Assembly: GCA_965240325.2 (NCBI GenBank)
Contig: OZ251242.1
Span: 434,001 to 498,000 of the forward strand
Direction: 5' to 3'
Source of the DNA: Rebecca billardiae RCC1528
Taxonomy: Eukaryota; Protista; Haptophyta
DNA: 64,000 nt
The notes below the pieces were generated by a model. The model was not told the DNA's origin, made no database searches, and worked only from the letters and a program-made list of their open reading frames with translations. This document shows positions 21,577 through 32,137 of this stretch, piece by piece. Position numbers and translations under genes: made by a program. Within the stretch, counting starts at the first letter, position 1. Each line of letters begins with the position of its first letter.

Positions 21577-22272
21577 TCAGTAGTCGTCGTCGTAGCCGGT
21601 GGGCAGGCTCAAGTCGAGCAGCTTTGCCATCTCGGGGTTGCCGCCCTCCGCGTCGGACGCGGCACCGCCGCCGAGCCCGTTGCCTCCCGCGCTGTCCAGC
21701 CCCGCCGCCTGCCGCACGGCGCGCGCGCGCTCGGTGCTGCCCGCCTGCTCGTAGAGCTGCGCGAGCCGGGCGAAGTACTCGCGCGCGAGCGGCGTGTGGA
21801 ACGACATGTACTGCCGCACGCTCATCAGCTCGTCGATGGCGCGCTTGGCCGACGGCCACAGCGCGGACATCTTGAGCGCGCTGCGGATCTCGGCCTCGTG
21901 CTCGGGCTCGAGCTCGCCGGCGAGCCGCCGTCGGCGCGACTCGAGCATCGCGCTCGTGTCCACGGCGTCGTCCGCGGCGGTGCGGGCGATCTCCTGCCGC
22001 CGTCCCCTCGCGGGCGTTGCGCTCGCGCTCGCGAGGTCGCCACCGCCGAGCGCGTTGAGCCGGTCGGCCGAGCGGCTCATGAGCGCGTCGAGCTGGCTGG
22101 CGGCGCTCGCGCTCGTCTGGTTGTCCCAGCCGATGTTGAGGATGTCCTCCGCCGAGCCCGCCATGCGAATGCACGCTGCGCGCCGGGGCACCGCGCTGCG
22201 CAGGCACGCCGCGCTCCGCGGTCCCGCCGTCGCCCCGGCGGCGAGGAGGCACAGCACGCCCGCGAACGCCAT
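21577..22272 (-). CDS. Hypothetical protein with a probable bipartite plastid-targeting presequence
   Basis: MAFAGVLCLLAAGATA signal-like segment, then an R/A/S-rich transit-like stretch ending CIRM, then a coding-like helical region. Confidence 0.65.
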   Translation of the reverse strand: MAFAGVLCLLAAGATAGPRSAACLRSAVPRRAACIRMAGSAEDILNIGWDNQTSASAASQLDALMSRSADRLNALGGGDLASASATPARGRRQEIARTAADDAVDTSAMLESRRRRLAGELEPEHEAEIRSALKMSALWPSAKRAIDELMSVRQYMSFHTPLAREYFARLAQLYEQAGSTERARAVRQAAGLDSAGGNGLGGGAASDAEGGNPEMAKLLDLSLPTGYDDDY

Positions 22273-22409
22273 CGTGACCTGCGGGTTTCTCGATTCCTCG
22301 CGCGCTTCTGAGGTTCCTCCGCCGCTCCGCTTTTCGGTTTGGGCCTTCATCACGGTGGCTGCCTGGTGAAGGGGACTGCCTGTTGCGCGGGCGCCCCAAC
22401 CTTGGGGCC

Positions 22410-25400
22410 ATGGCGCCCGCGGACGGCGAGCAGCGCACGGACGGCTCGGGCCGCGCGCGGCCGAGCGGCGGCGGCGGCCCGAGCGCCCCGCAGGCGCGCG
22501 TGCACCCCGCGCCGCCCGACTCGCCCGCGGACGAGCGCCCGCCCGCGCCGCTGGGCAGCTTTGAGAAGAGCTTCAGCGCGAGCAGCTCGCGGATTACGCG
22601 GCGCGGCAGCTCGAAGAAGCAGGCGCCGGTGGACGAGCGGCGCGCGCAGCAGCGGAGGTACGTGCTCTCCGCCGGCGTGTCCACGCGCAAGCGGCTGCTC
22701 CTCATCTCCGACCTCATCGGCGACGAGCTCAAGGTGGCGTGGGAGCTGTCGGTGATGGTCTCGACCGCGGCGCTCTTCTTCTACACGCCGCTGCGCGCGG
22801 CGGTGGAGCAGGACACGCTGGAGGGCGACTCGGCGCTGTGGCCCTTCTTCGCCCACGCCGCCATCGACCTCGTCGTCGAGGTGCTGCTGCTGCCCGCGCC
22901 CGACCTCGAGGCGGCGCCGCTGCGCGCCGACACGGTCGCTTCCAAGAAGGGCGACGACGTGGACGTGCCCGGACTGGTCGACCTGCGGCAGAGCCGCGAG
23001 TACCTCGCGACGCCGAGCTTCGTGATGGACGCGCTCGGCGTGCTCGCGCCCATCGTGGGCAACGTCGTCGTCGCCGCCACCGCCGCCTCCGCGCGCTCGA
23101 CCGCGTTCGTCGTCGGCGTGCACGTGCTGAGGTTCCTCGTCTTCTTGCGCGGGCCGCGCGTGAGCCGCGCGCACGACTTCACCGTGCGGTACACGGAGTT
23201 CCACGACCGGCAGGACTACACGCTCAAGTTCACGATCGTCGTGCTGCTGTACATGTGGTGCTCCCACTTCGCCGCGTGCATCTTCATCGCCGTGCAGGTC
23301 GGCGGGCGCGGCGACGAGCACGCGTCGGTGCGCTGCGCGCTCGGCGGCGTGCCGCTCGCCGAGGCGGGCGATTGCTACGTGGACTCGCTGTTCTGGGCGG
23401 TGAGCATCTTCACGATGTTCGGGTACCCCGCGTCGTACGAGCCGGTCTCGACCGGCGAGAAGGTCTTCAACATGGCGATGGTCACCGTCGGCGCGATGCT
23501 CAACGCGCTCATCTTCGGAACGATCGCAATGTACGTGCGGCAAGTGAGTCGGGACGCGGACCGGCGGCAGCTGGTGATGGATGATGTGAACGACTTCATC
23601 GCGGACAACGGCGAGCTGCTGCCGCTCGAGCTGCAGCAGACGCTGCGGTACCACACGTACTACAACCACCGCAACCGCCACCTCGGCTCCAACGCGATGC
23701 TCGAGCTCATGCCGGACTCGGTCCGCCAGGACGTCGCCTACGCGCTGCACCGGCAGTTGCTCGAGCAGGTGCCGCAGTTCCGCGCGCTCAAGCCGATCGT
23801 GATCGCGCAGATGGCGCTGGCGTTCGGCACGGCGAACTACATGCCGGGCGACTCGGTGCTCACGCAGGGCGAGAACCACGTCGACCCGCGCATGTACTTC
23901 ATCAAGGACGGCGTGTGCGCCGCCGTCAAGATGGTACCCCGCGTGGACGCGCTGCGGATGGACTCTGCGGTCGTCTCGTCTGAGATGGAAGCGTTTTCGA
24001 TCGGCGTCACGCGGATCCCGACGGCGGCGGCGGCGGCGAGGGCGCGCGGGCACGGCAGCGGGAGCAGCATCGGCGGCGGCGCGGGTGGCGGCGGCGGCGG
24101 CGGCATCCGCCTGCCCGGCCTCGGCTCGCGCCGCCCCTCGCACACGGGCGGCGTGCTCTCGCGCAAGGGCAGCGCTAACTCGATGGGCGGCGACGGCGGG
24201 CCGGGCGGCGGCGGCGGGCGCGCGCGCCGCTCGTCGATCTCGCACGACCCGGCGATGTTCACGCGCGTGATCCTCTCGTTCATGGGGCCGGGCGAGCACT
24301 TCGGCGAGATCGCCGTGCTCCTCGACGTGCCGCGCACCGTCACGGTCCAGGCCATGTCGCGCGCGGTGCTGCTGACACTCTCGCGCGCCGCCTTCCTCCG
24401 AGCTATGGACGAATGCCCGGAGGCGCTGCGTGAGATGATCGCGCTGACGCAGCGCCGGCTCAAGCCGCGGCAGCTGTGGAAGAAGAACGCGAACAAGGTG
24501 GCGCGCATCCAGCAGCTCACGCGCGGCATGCGCGCCTCGAAGGAGAGCCTGCCCGCCGCGCCCGGCGACAGCGCCGCATCGACGCCGCGCTCTAACGCGA
24601 GCGCGGCGAGCGCGCCGCCGCCGAGCGCGGGCGGCGCGCGGCTGCACACGACGACGCCGCGCGGAGTCTGCCCGGGCGCGGACGCGCCGTCCGCGGCGGG
24701 TGGCGGCGGCGGCGCGGCGAGGTGGGTCCGCTCGGTCGGCTCGCGCCTCGTCCAGTCCGCACCCGCCTCGCCGCCGGACACGACCGCGGCCGCGGCGCAC
24801 GGCGGCTCGGGGCCTGCGTCTGTGCGTGCGAGTGGCGCGTGTGTCGGCGGCCGCGGCGGCGGCGCGGCCGAGGGCGGCGCGGCGGCCGGCGGCGGCGGTG
24901 GCGCGCGGCTCGGCGGGCTCGGGCAGCTGCGCGTGCGCACCGACGGCGCGGCGTCGGACGTGGTGCTCCCCGTCGGCACGAGCGCAGCCGCCGACCTCGC
25001 CGCCGCCGCGGCCGCCGCCGCCGCCGCGGGCGGCGCGGCCGCGGCCGCGGACTCGGACGGGCTGTGCGGCGTGCCTGAGCACGCGCCCGTCGAGGGCGGC
25101 GGCGCGGCGGCGGCGCGCGGCGGCGGCGGTGGGTTCGCGCCGGAGGAGCTCGCCGCGTCGCTCGAGCGCGCGCGCAAGATGCTCGAGGACGGTCAGAAGC
25201 CCTTCGGCTCCGCCAGCCTCACCGCGTCGCCGCGCGGCGGCCGACCGACCGCGGTCGGGCTCCGAGTCCGGATCGGCCCGGAGGATGGCGACGGCAGCGA
25301 CGAGGGGCGGGAGGAGCTGATGCCCGCGGGCGCGATCGCGGTGGACTCGCCGCCGCAGTCGCCGCTGCACCTCGCCAGCCCGCCGCCGCTCTCGAGCACC

Positions 25401-26231
25401 AGCCGCGGTAGCCGCCCCTCGCGCCACAGCCGGCCGAGCCGCGGCTCCAGGCACTCGCCACCGCCGGTGTCGCCCTCGCACGGCATGCGAAACGGCTTCC
25501 CGGCGCCGCTGGCCGGCCGGCCGGCGGAGCTGTCGCTCTCGCGGCCGCTCAGCCGCACGGGCTCGTCGCGCTCGGTCTCGAGCGCCGCGGACGACGAGCT
25601 CCTCGAGCGCGAGCTCAACAGCGTGCGCAACACGCTCGCCGAGGTCAACCCGGAGATGCGCTCCGTGTTGCGGCGCAAGGCGCGTGAGCATGAGCAGGGC
25701 GCCGGGCCACTGTCGCCCTATTTGGGCCGGCGGCAGCAGAACAAGCAGAACCTGTTCCCGCCCGACCTGAGCCGCGCGTCGTCGCAGCCCTCGCCCGCCT
25801 CGCTCCACTCGGGCTTCGCCTCGCTGCCCGACGCCGCCGCCGCCGGCTCCGAGGCCCTCCTCGTCAAGCTGCTCAACGAGGTCGGCCGCCTGTCCGCGCA
25901 GCTCGCAGACGTCCAGGCGCACGTGCTGGGCGCGACGGGCGCGGCGCACCCGGCCGCGGCGGCGCGGCAGGGCGAGGGGCTCGCGCAGCACGACGCCCAG
26001 GCCGGCGCGGATGCCGACCCGTTTGCCGGCACGGCGTGGGGCAACGCGGCCACCGCGTGCAGCGCGCCGCCCTCGGCGCGCGGCGGCGAGGCTGGCGCGG
26101 ACGGCGCGGACGCACCGAGCGGCGGCGCGGACGCGGAGAGCGGCGGCGGCGGCAGCGACGCGAGCGGCAGCTCCGAGCCACCGCGCCGGCAGTCGCAGCG
26201 CTCGCAGGGCACGCGGCGGAGCGGCGGGTGA
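22410..26231 (+). CDS. CNBD-family (KCNH/HCN/CNG-like) six-TM cation channel with a long disordered C-terminus
   Basis: S1-S6 recognisable (S4 LRFLVFLRGPR; S5 HFAACIF; pore YVDSLFWAVSIFTMFGYP), followed by a C-linker and a CNBD with MYFI and GEHFGEIAVLLDVPRTVTV. Confidence 0.85.
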   Translation: MAPADGEQRTDGSGRARPSGGGGPSAPQARVHPAPPDSPADERPPAPLGSFEKSFSASSSRITRRGSSKKQAPVDERRAQQRRYVLSAGVSTRKRLLLISDLIGDELKVAWELSVMVSTAALFFYTPLRAAVEQDTLEGDSALWPFFAHAAIDLVVEVLLLPAPDLEAAPLRADTVASKKGDDVDVPGLVDLRQSREYLATPSFVMDALGVLAPIVGNVVVAATAASARSTAFVVGVHVLRFLVFLRGPRVSRAHDFTVRYTEFHDRQDYTLKFTIVVLLYMWCSHFAACIFIAVQVGGRGDEHASVRCALGGVPLAEAGDCYVDSLFWAVSIFTMFGYPASYEPVSTGEKVFNMAMVTVGAMLNALIFGTIAMYVRQVSRDADRRQLVMDDVNDFIADNGELLPLELQQTLRYHTYYNHRNRHLGSNAMLELMPDSVRQDVAYALHRQLLEQVPQFRALKPIVIAQMALAFGTANYMPGDSVLTQGENHVDPRMYFIKDGVCAAVKMVPRVDALRMDSAVVSSEMEAFSIGVTRIPTAAAAARARGHGSGSSIGGGAGGGGGGGIRLPGLGSRRPSHTGGVLSRKGSANSMGGDGGPGGGGGRARRSSISHDPAMFTRVILSFMGPGEHFGEIAVLLDVPRTVTVQAMSRAVLLTLSRAAFLRAMDECPEALREMIALTQRRLKPRQLWKKNANKVARIQQLTRGMRASKESLPAAPGDSAASTPRSNASAASAPPPSAGGARLHTTTPRGVCPGADAPSAAGGGGGAARWVRSVGSRLVQSAPASPPDTTAAAAHGGSGPASVRASGACVGGRGGGAAEGGAAAGGGGGARLGGLGQLRVRTDGAASDVVLPVGTSAAADLAAAAAAAAAAGGAAAAADSDGLCGVPEHAPVEGGGAAAARGGGGGFAPEELAASLERARKMLEDGQKPFGSASLTASPRGGRPTAVGLRVRIGPEDGDGSDEGREELMPAGAIAVDSPPQSPLHLASPPPLSSTSRGSRPSRHSRPSRGSRHSPPPVSPSHGMRNGFPAPLAGRPAELSLSRPLSRTGSSRSVSSAADDELLERELNSVRNTLAEVNPEMRSVLRRKAREHEQGAGPLSPYLGRRQQNKQNLFPPDLSRASSQPSPASLHSGFASLPDAAAAGSEALLVKLLNEVGRLSAQLADVQAHVLGATGAAHPAAAARQGEGLAQHDAQAGADADPFAGTAWGNAATACSAPPSARGGEAGADGADAPSGGADAESGGGGSDASGSSEPPRRQSQRSQGTRRSGG

Positions 26232-26436
26232 TTCGACTGCGGACTATAGCGCGCGCTATATATATATATACGCGCCTGCTAATTATTATTATTATATTAT
26301 TATTATTATTATTTAATATGTACAGTGATGTACACGCCCTTGACGCGGTCCGACTCCGAGCGGCCGAGCCGGCGCCGCCACAGTGAGCGACGGTCGTCAT
26401 CTGACGTTATGCTCACGCGCTGGTGTCTGGCATGAC

Positions 26437-27495
26437 TTACTCGGGCACCCAGTCAGCCACCCCGCAGACGTGCTTGACGATCTTGACATCTGCCTTGCCC
26501 GTGATGCTCGAGAGCCAAATGCGGTATGGGAGCGCAAAGATGACCGAGAGCTGAGCGAGGAGGAACCAGCCCGGCCTCGCGAAGAACGGGGTGCTCTCGC
26601 CCTGGCGGGTGGCAAGCGCACGGTCCGTGAAGCCCTCGAGTTCCACAACCGCGGTGAAGTTGTTACTTGAATCGCGCGAGTGGAGCTGCCTCCATGCGTG
26701 TTCGTGGCGGAGGTAGACCTCGTCGCCGACGACCGTCCTGGACAGATCCAACTTGGTCATGCGGTAGCGTTCGATGTCGCCCACTGGCGGCGACGCGTCC
26801 GACCAGCTGGCAAGCGGGACGACCACGTCTGCAGTATGGGTAACGACCGTATCAGAGGTCTGCGTACTGTTGCCGTTACTGTCGGTGCCGTAGTCTGTGG
26901 ATTCGTGCGAGCAAACCATGTGCCAGTGCACAACGACCGGCGTTTGCGTGCGCCATGAGTTGAGCAAGTCGTACACTTCTGACCCGCCCTTCATGGCGAG
27001 CAAGAACCTGAACGTGCTCGAGACGAGCCCCTCGAGTTGTAACAGCACCGCAGCAACGCAAAAGATGATGAGGAAGACATCGCACTGCCAGCACAAGGCG
27101 ATCAATATAAGCGAGATGATGAGGAAGGCGTGGGTGACGACGAGGCTGGGGTGCTTGTCGCGCTTGCAGCCAGCGACCAGACCGCTGTCCGGTAGCGGCT
27201 CGGCCTTCGGAGGTGGTAGCGCCGCCACCGTGGCCATCTTGCCGTCGTCAGGCTGCGCCTTCTGCGGCTGGGCGCCCGCGGCCAGAGGCTTGTACGTGAC
27301 GACCATCTCCTGCCCATCCTTCATCCCGGGCGGCACGCAGGCGCGCACGGACTGCCCGTCGGGCGTGACGGCCAAGAACGGCTCTTCGGCGGCCAGCCCC
27401 AGCGGGATGGCCACGGCCATGAACGCATCTGTGGGTGGAGCCTCAACATCCTTCACGCTGAGCTGCACACGGTCCGTCGACTCGGTGTTGCCCAT
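26437..27495 (-). CDS. TMEM151-like membrane protein
   Basis: Two N-terminal TMs, then HWHMVCSHE...VVTHTA...SWSDAS...TKL and a C-terminal WFLLAQLSVIFALPYRIW. The MGNTES start is a candidate myristoylation site. Confidence 0.65.
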   Translation of the reverse strand: MGNTESTDRVQLSVKDVEAPPTDAFMAVAIPLGLAAEEPFLAVTPDGQSVRACVPPGMKDGQEMVVTYKPLAAGAQPQKAQPDDGKMATVAALPPPKAEPLPDSGLVAGCKRDKHPSLVVTHAFLIISLILIALCWQCDVFLIIFCVAAVLLQLEGLVSSTFRFLLAMKGGSEVYDLLNSWRTQTPVVVHWHMVCSHESTDYGTDSNGNSTQTSDTVVTHTADVVVPLASWSDASPPVGDIERYRMTKLDLSRTVVGDEVYLRHEHAWRQLHSRDSSNNFTAVVELEGFTDRALATRQGESTPFFARPGWFLLAQLSVIFALPYRIWLSSITGKADVKIVKHVCGVADWVPE

Positions 27496-27613
27496 GCCGC
27501 GGGCTCTGATCCACAGCGGATGCACAGCAGCAAGCCGACGGGAAGGGTCAAGGGATGATACTGTACAGTATCAGCCCGAAGATCCCCTCCCCAGCGGTGG
27601 ACGGGGAGGGGAT

Positions 27614-27704
27614 CTGGAGGAGATCCGCCATCACTCCGCCAAGGCGTAGGCACTACTAGTAGTAGTGCCTACGCCTTGGCGGAGTGATGGCGGATCTCCT
27701 CCAG
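27614..27704. repeat. Perfect 44-bp inverted repeat with a 3-nt loop
   Basis: 27614-27657 is the exact reverse complement of 27661-27704. Confidence 0.95.
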
Positions 27705-29122
27705 CCGCACTAGGCAAGCCCTTGCCCCAACCAATGACAGAGACCCACCCGCCCCGGCTGGTGCGGAGATCATCGATGCCCTCTCCCGCTGTGCCGCTTT
27801 CGGCGCACGCTCTGCCGGTGCGGCGGGCGACGTGTGCGCACGCCGTGCAGCTCGCGGCGCGTGCGCGTTGGCTAGCTGGCGCACGTCTCCTGACGCACAA
27901 GTCGAATGACTGCAGCTGGGATGCCCTTTCTCGCCTCAAGGACGCGTGCGACGCCGGTCGCCGTGGCCGAGCGGCGTGGCCGTGCCGCCTGCACGCTGGG
28001 CGCCCGTGGGCGTGGCTTCGCCGCGCGCGCTGAGGCCGGCGAGCGTCGCGACCGACTTCTACGATGCGCGCGACGCGCCATATGCCCTCTTCCTTGCCTC
28101 CGACGCACGTCTTCTGCGGGCAAAGGCGATCGCCCACCCATGCGGCGGCGCAGCCGCCATCAGCCGCGCTTTGCCGTTGGACAGAGCGCGAAACATTTCG
28201 TTTTTGAAAAGCGCAGATCTGAACAGACCGGAAGGCGTGTGTCCAGCTTCCTTTGGTCCAGCTGGCGAGCGCAACGCCCCTGCTGCTGAGTCAGGATTTG
28301 GCGGGAAATAACTCGGAAAAGGAGAGAAATTCAAAACCCGCCGCGTGCGTCGCGTGCGCCGCCCGGCCGCCACAGCCATCCGCCGCGAGGCGCCAGTCGC
28401 GCCAGAGGCATACATAGAGCCTTTCTGCGCCGTCCTGCGCCGGGCGACGCGCGTCTGGCCATCTTCTCCGCGCCTTGAGCCCGCACGGACGTGTGCGCCG
28501 CGTCTCGCTTCAGCCGATGAGTGCTGTCGTCCCCGCAAAGTATGCGCGCGCTTAGCAGAGCGCAACCCGAGGCGCGCATCCCAGGAACGCGTGAGCCATG
28601 TTACAGTACGGTCGTAGGCGCGCGCCATGGTGCCCAGCCGCAGCCAGCGGCTTCCCGCGCGTGCGTGCCTCTCCGCTGCCTCGGCAGGCAAGGCGCCCAT
28701 ATCTCTGGCTGAATGTGGCGGCGGCGCAAGCTCGCGCTCGCGCGGGCCTGCAGCTGACCGTCGACGAGTGCTACGGCGCGAAGCGCTGCGCCACGCGCAA
28801 GCTGCAGTAGTTCACCGCTTCGCTACGGCCCGGGAGGGAGGTGGCGGCGGCGGCGTCGTCCTGCCGAGTCCGGGAGCGCCGCCCCAGCGTGCGCCACCGG
28901 GAGCGCCGCTCCAGCGTGCGCCACCGGAAACCCTCGTACTCGGCGCCGCGGCGGCTGCGCTCCGTCAGACTCCGCGTAGTCCGCGCCGCACCCGTAGCGG
29001 CGACCGCGGCACGCAATCGGACGAATGACCGCGATCGACAGAGCAGATCGATTGCGCTGCGCTAGGTCCCTGCCCGCCGCCGGGGCTCGCGGCCGACGCC
29101 CGGCGCGCCCTGGTGGCTTAGG

Positions 29123-30750
29123 CTAGCGACTCTGCGCGTGCGATGACGTGACTGCAGACTGTCGCCCAGGATCATCGCGAGGCCGCCTGTCGTCCGCGAG
29201 CGCGTCGACGAGCGCCGCGCACACCGCCGACGTGAGGAACGGGCTGAAGCCGTAGTGCGTGCAGTCGCACGGCTTGTCGTCCGCGCCCGCCTCGTGCAGC
29301 TCGCGCTCCGCCGGCTGCAGGAGCGCCAGCAGCGCGGTTTGATTCTTCTGAATATTATATTCATGATTGCCGCATCGTCCGCCGCTAGGTCGGTGCACGC
29401 CGGCGCGCTTCCCGCGGCGAGGCAGGCCCTCAGCCTCGCGCGGCGGCGCAGCTCAGCGGGGTACACGTGGCGCTCGCGGAACGCCTCGAACTCGCGCGCC
29501 TCGAGCCCCGCCTTGCACGTCCACGGCACCTTGAACCGATTGGCGCAGCCGCGGTGCACCGATGCGAAGCCGCCGTCGGCCGTGGGCGTGTGGGTGTCGG
29601 CAAAGACGACGCGCGACGTGAGGGTGCGCACGGCGCCGCGCAGCCAGCGCGACATCTGCGCGCCGCTCACGCGGTGCCGCAGCTGGGGCGCGAGCTCGGG
29701 GCAGCGGCAGCGGCGCGGCGCGAGCGCGCTGCCATCGCGCAGCAGCGCGGCGTCCGCCACATAGTCGCCAAAACGGGAAAGTGCTGCGCGAGCGGCGAGC
29801 GCACGACCGCTCGCCCTCCCGTGCGCCGCGCCCACGCGTCGAGCACCGGCGGCAGCCTCGTCAGGTCCGCCTTGTACGCCGGCGGCACGAGGTCCGCCCG
29901 CGCCGCGGCCTCGCGCAGCAGCGCGACCAGCGCCTCAGCGGGCGCGCCGCGCCGCGCCTGCCGGACCACCTCAGCCGCGCTGGGCTCACCTTTCCAGACC
30001 GCCACCGTGTAGTGCACGCCCGCGGGCTCGACGACGAGGACGGAGCAGTTGTGCGCGCGGCTGGCGAGGAGCTCCGTGTACCGCTGCAGCACCGTCCCGC
30101 CCCCGGCGCCCGCCCTGCTGCTCAGCTGGCTCTTCAGGATGATGCGCTCCAGCCGCGGCAGCGGTACCGGCCGCTGCTCGGCCGACGCCGCGCCGTTGGC
30201 CGCGTGGAACCGCGCGCGGACAACGAGGAGCATTTCGTGGAGGTTCTGGGTGACGCTGTCGCCTACGAAGCACAGTCCGGGCGCGCTCTTTGGCACGCGG
30301 ATCGGCTTGGCGCCGAGGAGACGCCGCCGCCGAAGCCGCCGCCGCCGCCGCGCGACGGCCGCCTTCTCAACCTCTCGGAACAGATCCGCGCACGGCCGCC
30401 CGTCGGCCGCGCCGCCCGGCCTGCGCGCGAGGAAGGGCGGCGCGCGATCGAAGGGGTAGCCGGTCTCGTCGAGCGGCGGCGGCTCGCGCACGTGCCCAAG
30501 GTGGGACGCGTCGATGTAGGACTGCCAGCCGTCGGCGGCGGCGGGCGCGCCGCCGCCGCGCGCCGCCAGCAGGCAGCCGAGCGCGCTCAGATTCAGGCCG
30601 GGCTGGACGAGCTGCGCGGCGAGCGCGTCCGAGGGCACGCATCGGCCGAGCGTGAAGGGCGTCTCGAGCGGCGGGCGCACGTGGCCCGCGCAGCACCCGT
30701 GGAGCAGCCAAGCCCACGAGGCGTGCGTGCGCGTCGGACGGCCGCCATCG
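29123..30750 (-). pseudogene. SGNH/PC-esterase (trichome-birefringence-like) gene with frameshifts
   Basis: LCFVGDSVTQN, RSPLAQHFP and CDCTHY motifs appear in the right order, but the path between them crosses frame changes (~29765, ~29350). No in-frame ATG was found. Confidence 0.55.
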
Positions 30751-30791
30751 CGGCGTCGGCCGCCGTTGGGTTCGCGCTCGCTGACTAATTC

Positions 30792-30885
30792 TATCTCGCC
30801 TGCCTGAGCTGTGTGCGTCTCTTATCTCGCCTGCCTGAGCTGTGTGCGTCTCTTATTCTTAGTAAACTGTATTCTTAGTAAACTG
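30792..30885. repeat. Two adjacent perfect tandem duplications (31 bp x2, then 16 bp x2)
   Basis: tatctcgcctgcctgagctgtgtgcgtctct twice, then tattcttagtaaactg twice. Confidence 0.9.
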
Positions 30886-31044
30886 TATGATTTAAAAAAG
30901 CAGGGCGGGCGCGGCCTAATCTAGCAGCTCAAAAAGTCCTCGCGCGGGTCTGGCGCAACAAAAAATTGGCCCGCGACTCGCTGGGCACGACCGGCGCACT
31001 CGGTGCATCCCGATGTCGGCGGCGCCCGCCACCCGCTGCGTGCG

Positions 31045-31839
31045 CTACCTCGTCAGGTTGCCGCGCTTCATCGCCACCGCCTGCGACTGCACGCCGCCGT
31101 ACCGCTTGCTCGAGCGCACCCAGCGCGTGTGCGCGTGCTGCCCAACGTCTTCGCTCGGCCGGCCAAACCTGCGGCGCCGGGGGGCAAGGGCGGACGCGCG
31201 CGTCACGCGCACGCGGCCACGCGCGCGCGCGCCGCCGGGCCCGCGGCACGCCCGCGCCGCGGCGGCGCACCGGTCGAACCAGTCGTCGAGCGTGCCGAGC
31301 CGCTCGCCCTCAACGTACGCGTGGTTGGGCATCGGCCCAAAGCTCGTCCACATGACCTGGTGCGTCTGCGTGCGCGGCGCCGAGGGCGGCGCGGTGAGGG
31401 CGGCGAGCTCGCTGCCCTCCGCGCCGACGGGCGCCGCCGGTGGCGGCGGCGGAGACGGCAGCTTGAGCGTGCCCGACAGCTCGAGCGGCACGCCCGGCGC
31501 GAGCGTCGGCTTTGGCAGCGGCGGCGCAAACCCGCCCTCGTAGCGCGCGCCGCGGCCTTTGGACGAGATGCGCGGCTTGAGGTTCTCGACGTACGTGTCG
31601 TACAGCTTGGGCCCGAGCAGCGACTCGATCTCGCCCGCGACGTGCGTCGACATCTCCTCGCGGCACTCGGGCTTGAGCGCGTTTGTCCGCGTGTACCAGC
31701 TGCCCGGGAAGTTGGCCTCGCTCTTGACCGTCCACTGCTTGATGGTCTGCCCGTGCACGGGGGGCGGGAACGAGGTGACCTTGCCCTTCCTCGGCGGGTG
31801 CGTGCGCATGAGCTCGTCGACCACTGGGCCGCGATACAT
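31045..31839 (-). CDS. Hypothetical protein; probable intron 31169-31270
   Basis: High-complexity frame MYRGPVVDELMRTHPPRKGK... An internal GTGCGC...CGCAG segment looks like the other introns in the window. Confidence 0.6.
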   Translation of the reverse strand: MYRGPVVDELMRTHPPRKGKVTSFPPPVHGQTIKQWTVKSEANFPGSWYTRTNALKPECREEMSTHVAGEIESLLGPKLYDTYVENLKPRISSKGRGARYEGGFAPPLPKPTLAPGVPLELSGTLKLPSPPPPPAAPVGAEGSELAALTAPPSAPRTQTHQVMWTSFGPMPNHAYVEGERLGTLDDWFDRCAAAARACRGPGGARARGRVRVTRASALAPRRRRFGRPSEDVGQHAHTRWVRSSKRYGGVQSQAVAMKRGNLTR

Positions 31840-32137
31840 GCCTGCTGAGGCGCGCGGTGCGTGTGGGCCACGATGGCGGCGCGACCCCACGCGCAAGCTC
31901 ACGCCCGCCGCCCGGTGGGAGTAACGTCGTGGAGATGCCTCAGCGGATGACCGGCAAACCGCCATCTTTCTTCCTACTTGTACAAGCGAGCGGACTAGGC
32001 GATGAATAGCGGACGCACGGATGGAACATGAAACATCCGCTCGCGAAGTCACAGACGGTGTGCCAGCCGCGCACGCGCACGTGCCAGACAGGCTCCGGCC
32101 GACGGGTGTCAGCGGACGAGATCGGACCGGCGAACGC

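Noticed and set aside
22350-25991. 1213-aa minus-strand ORF
   Set aside because: Antisense shadow of the CNBD channel gene.
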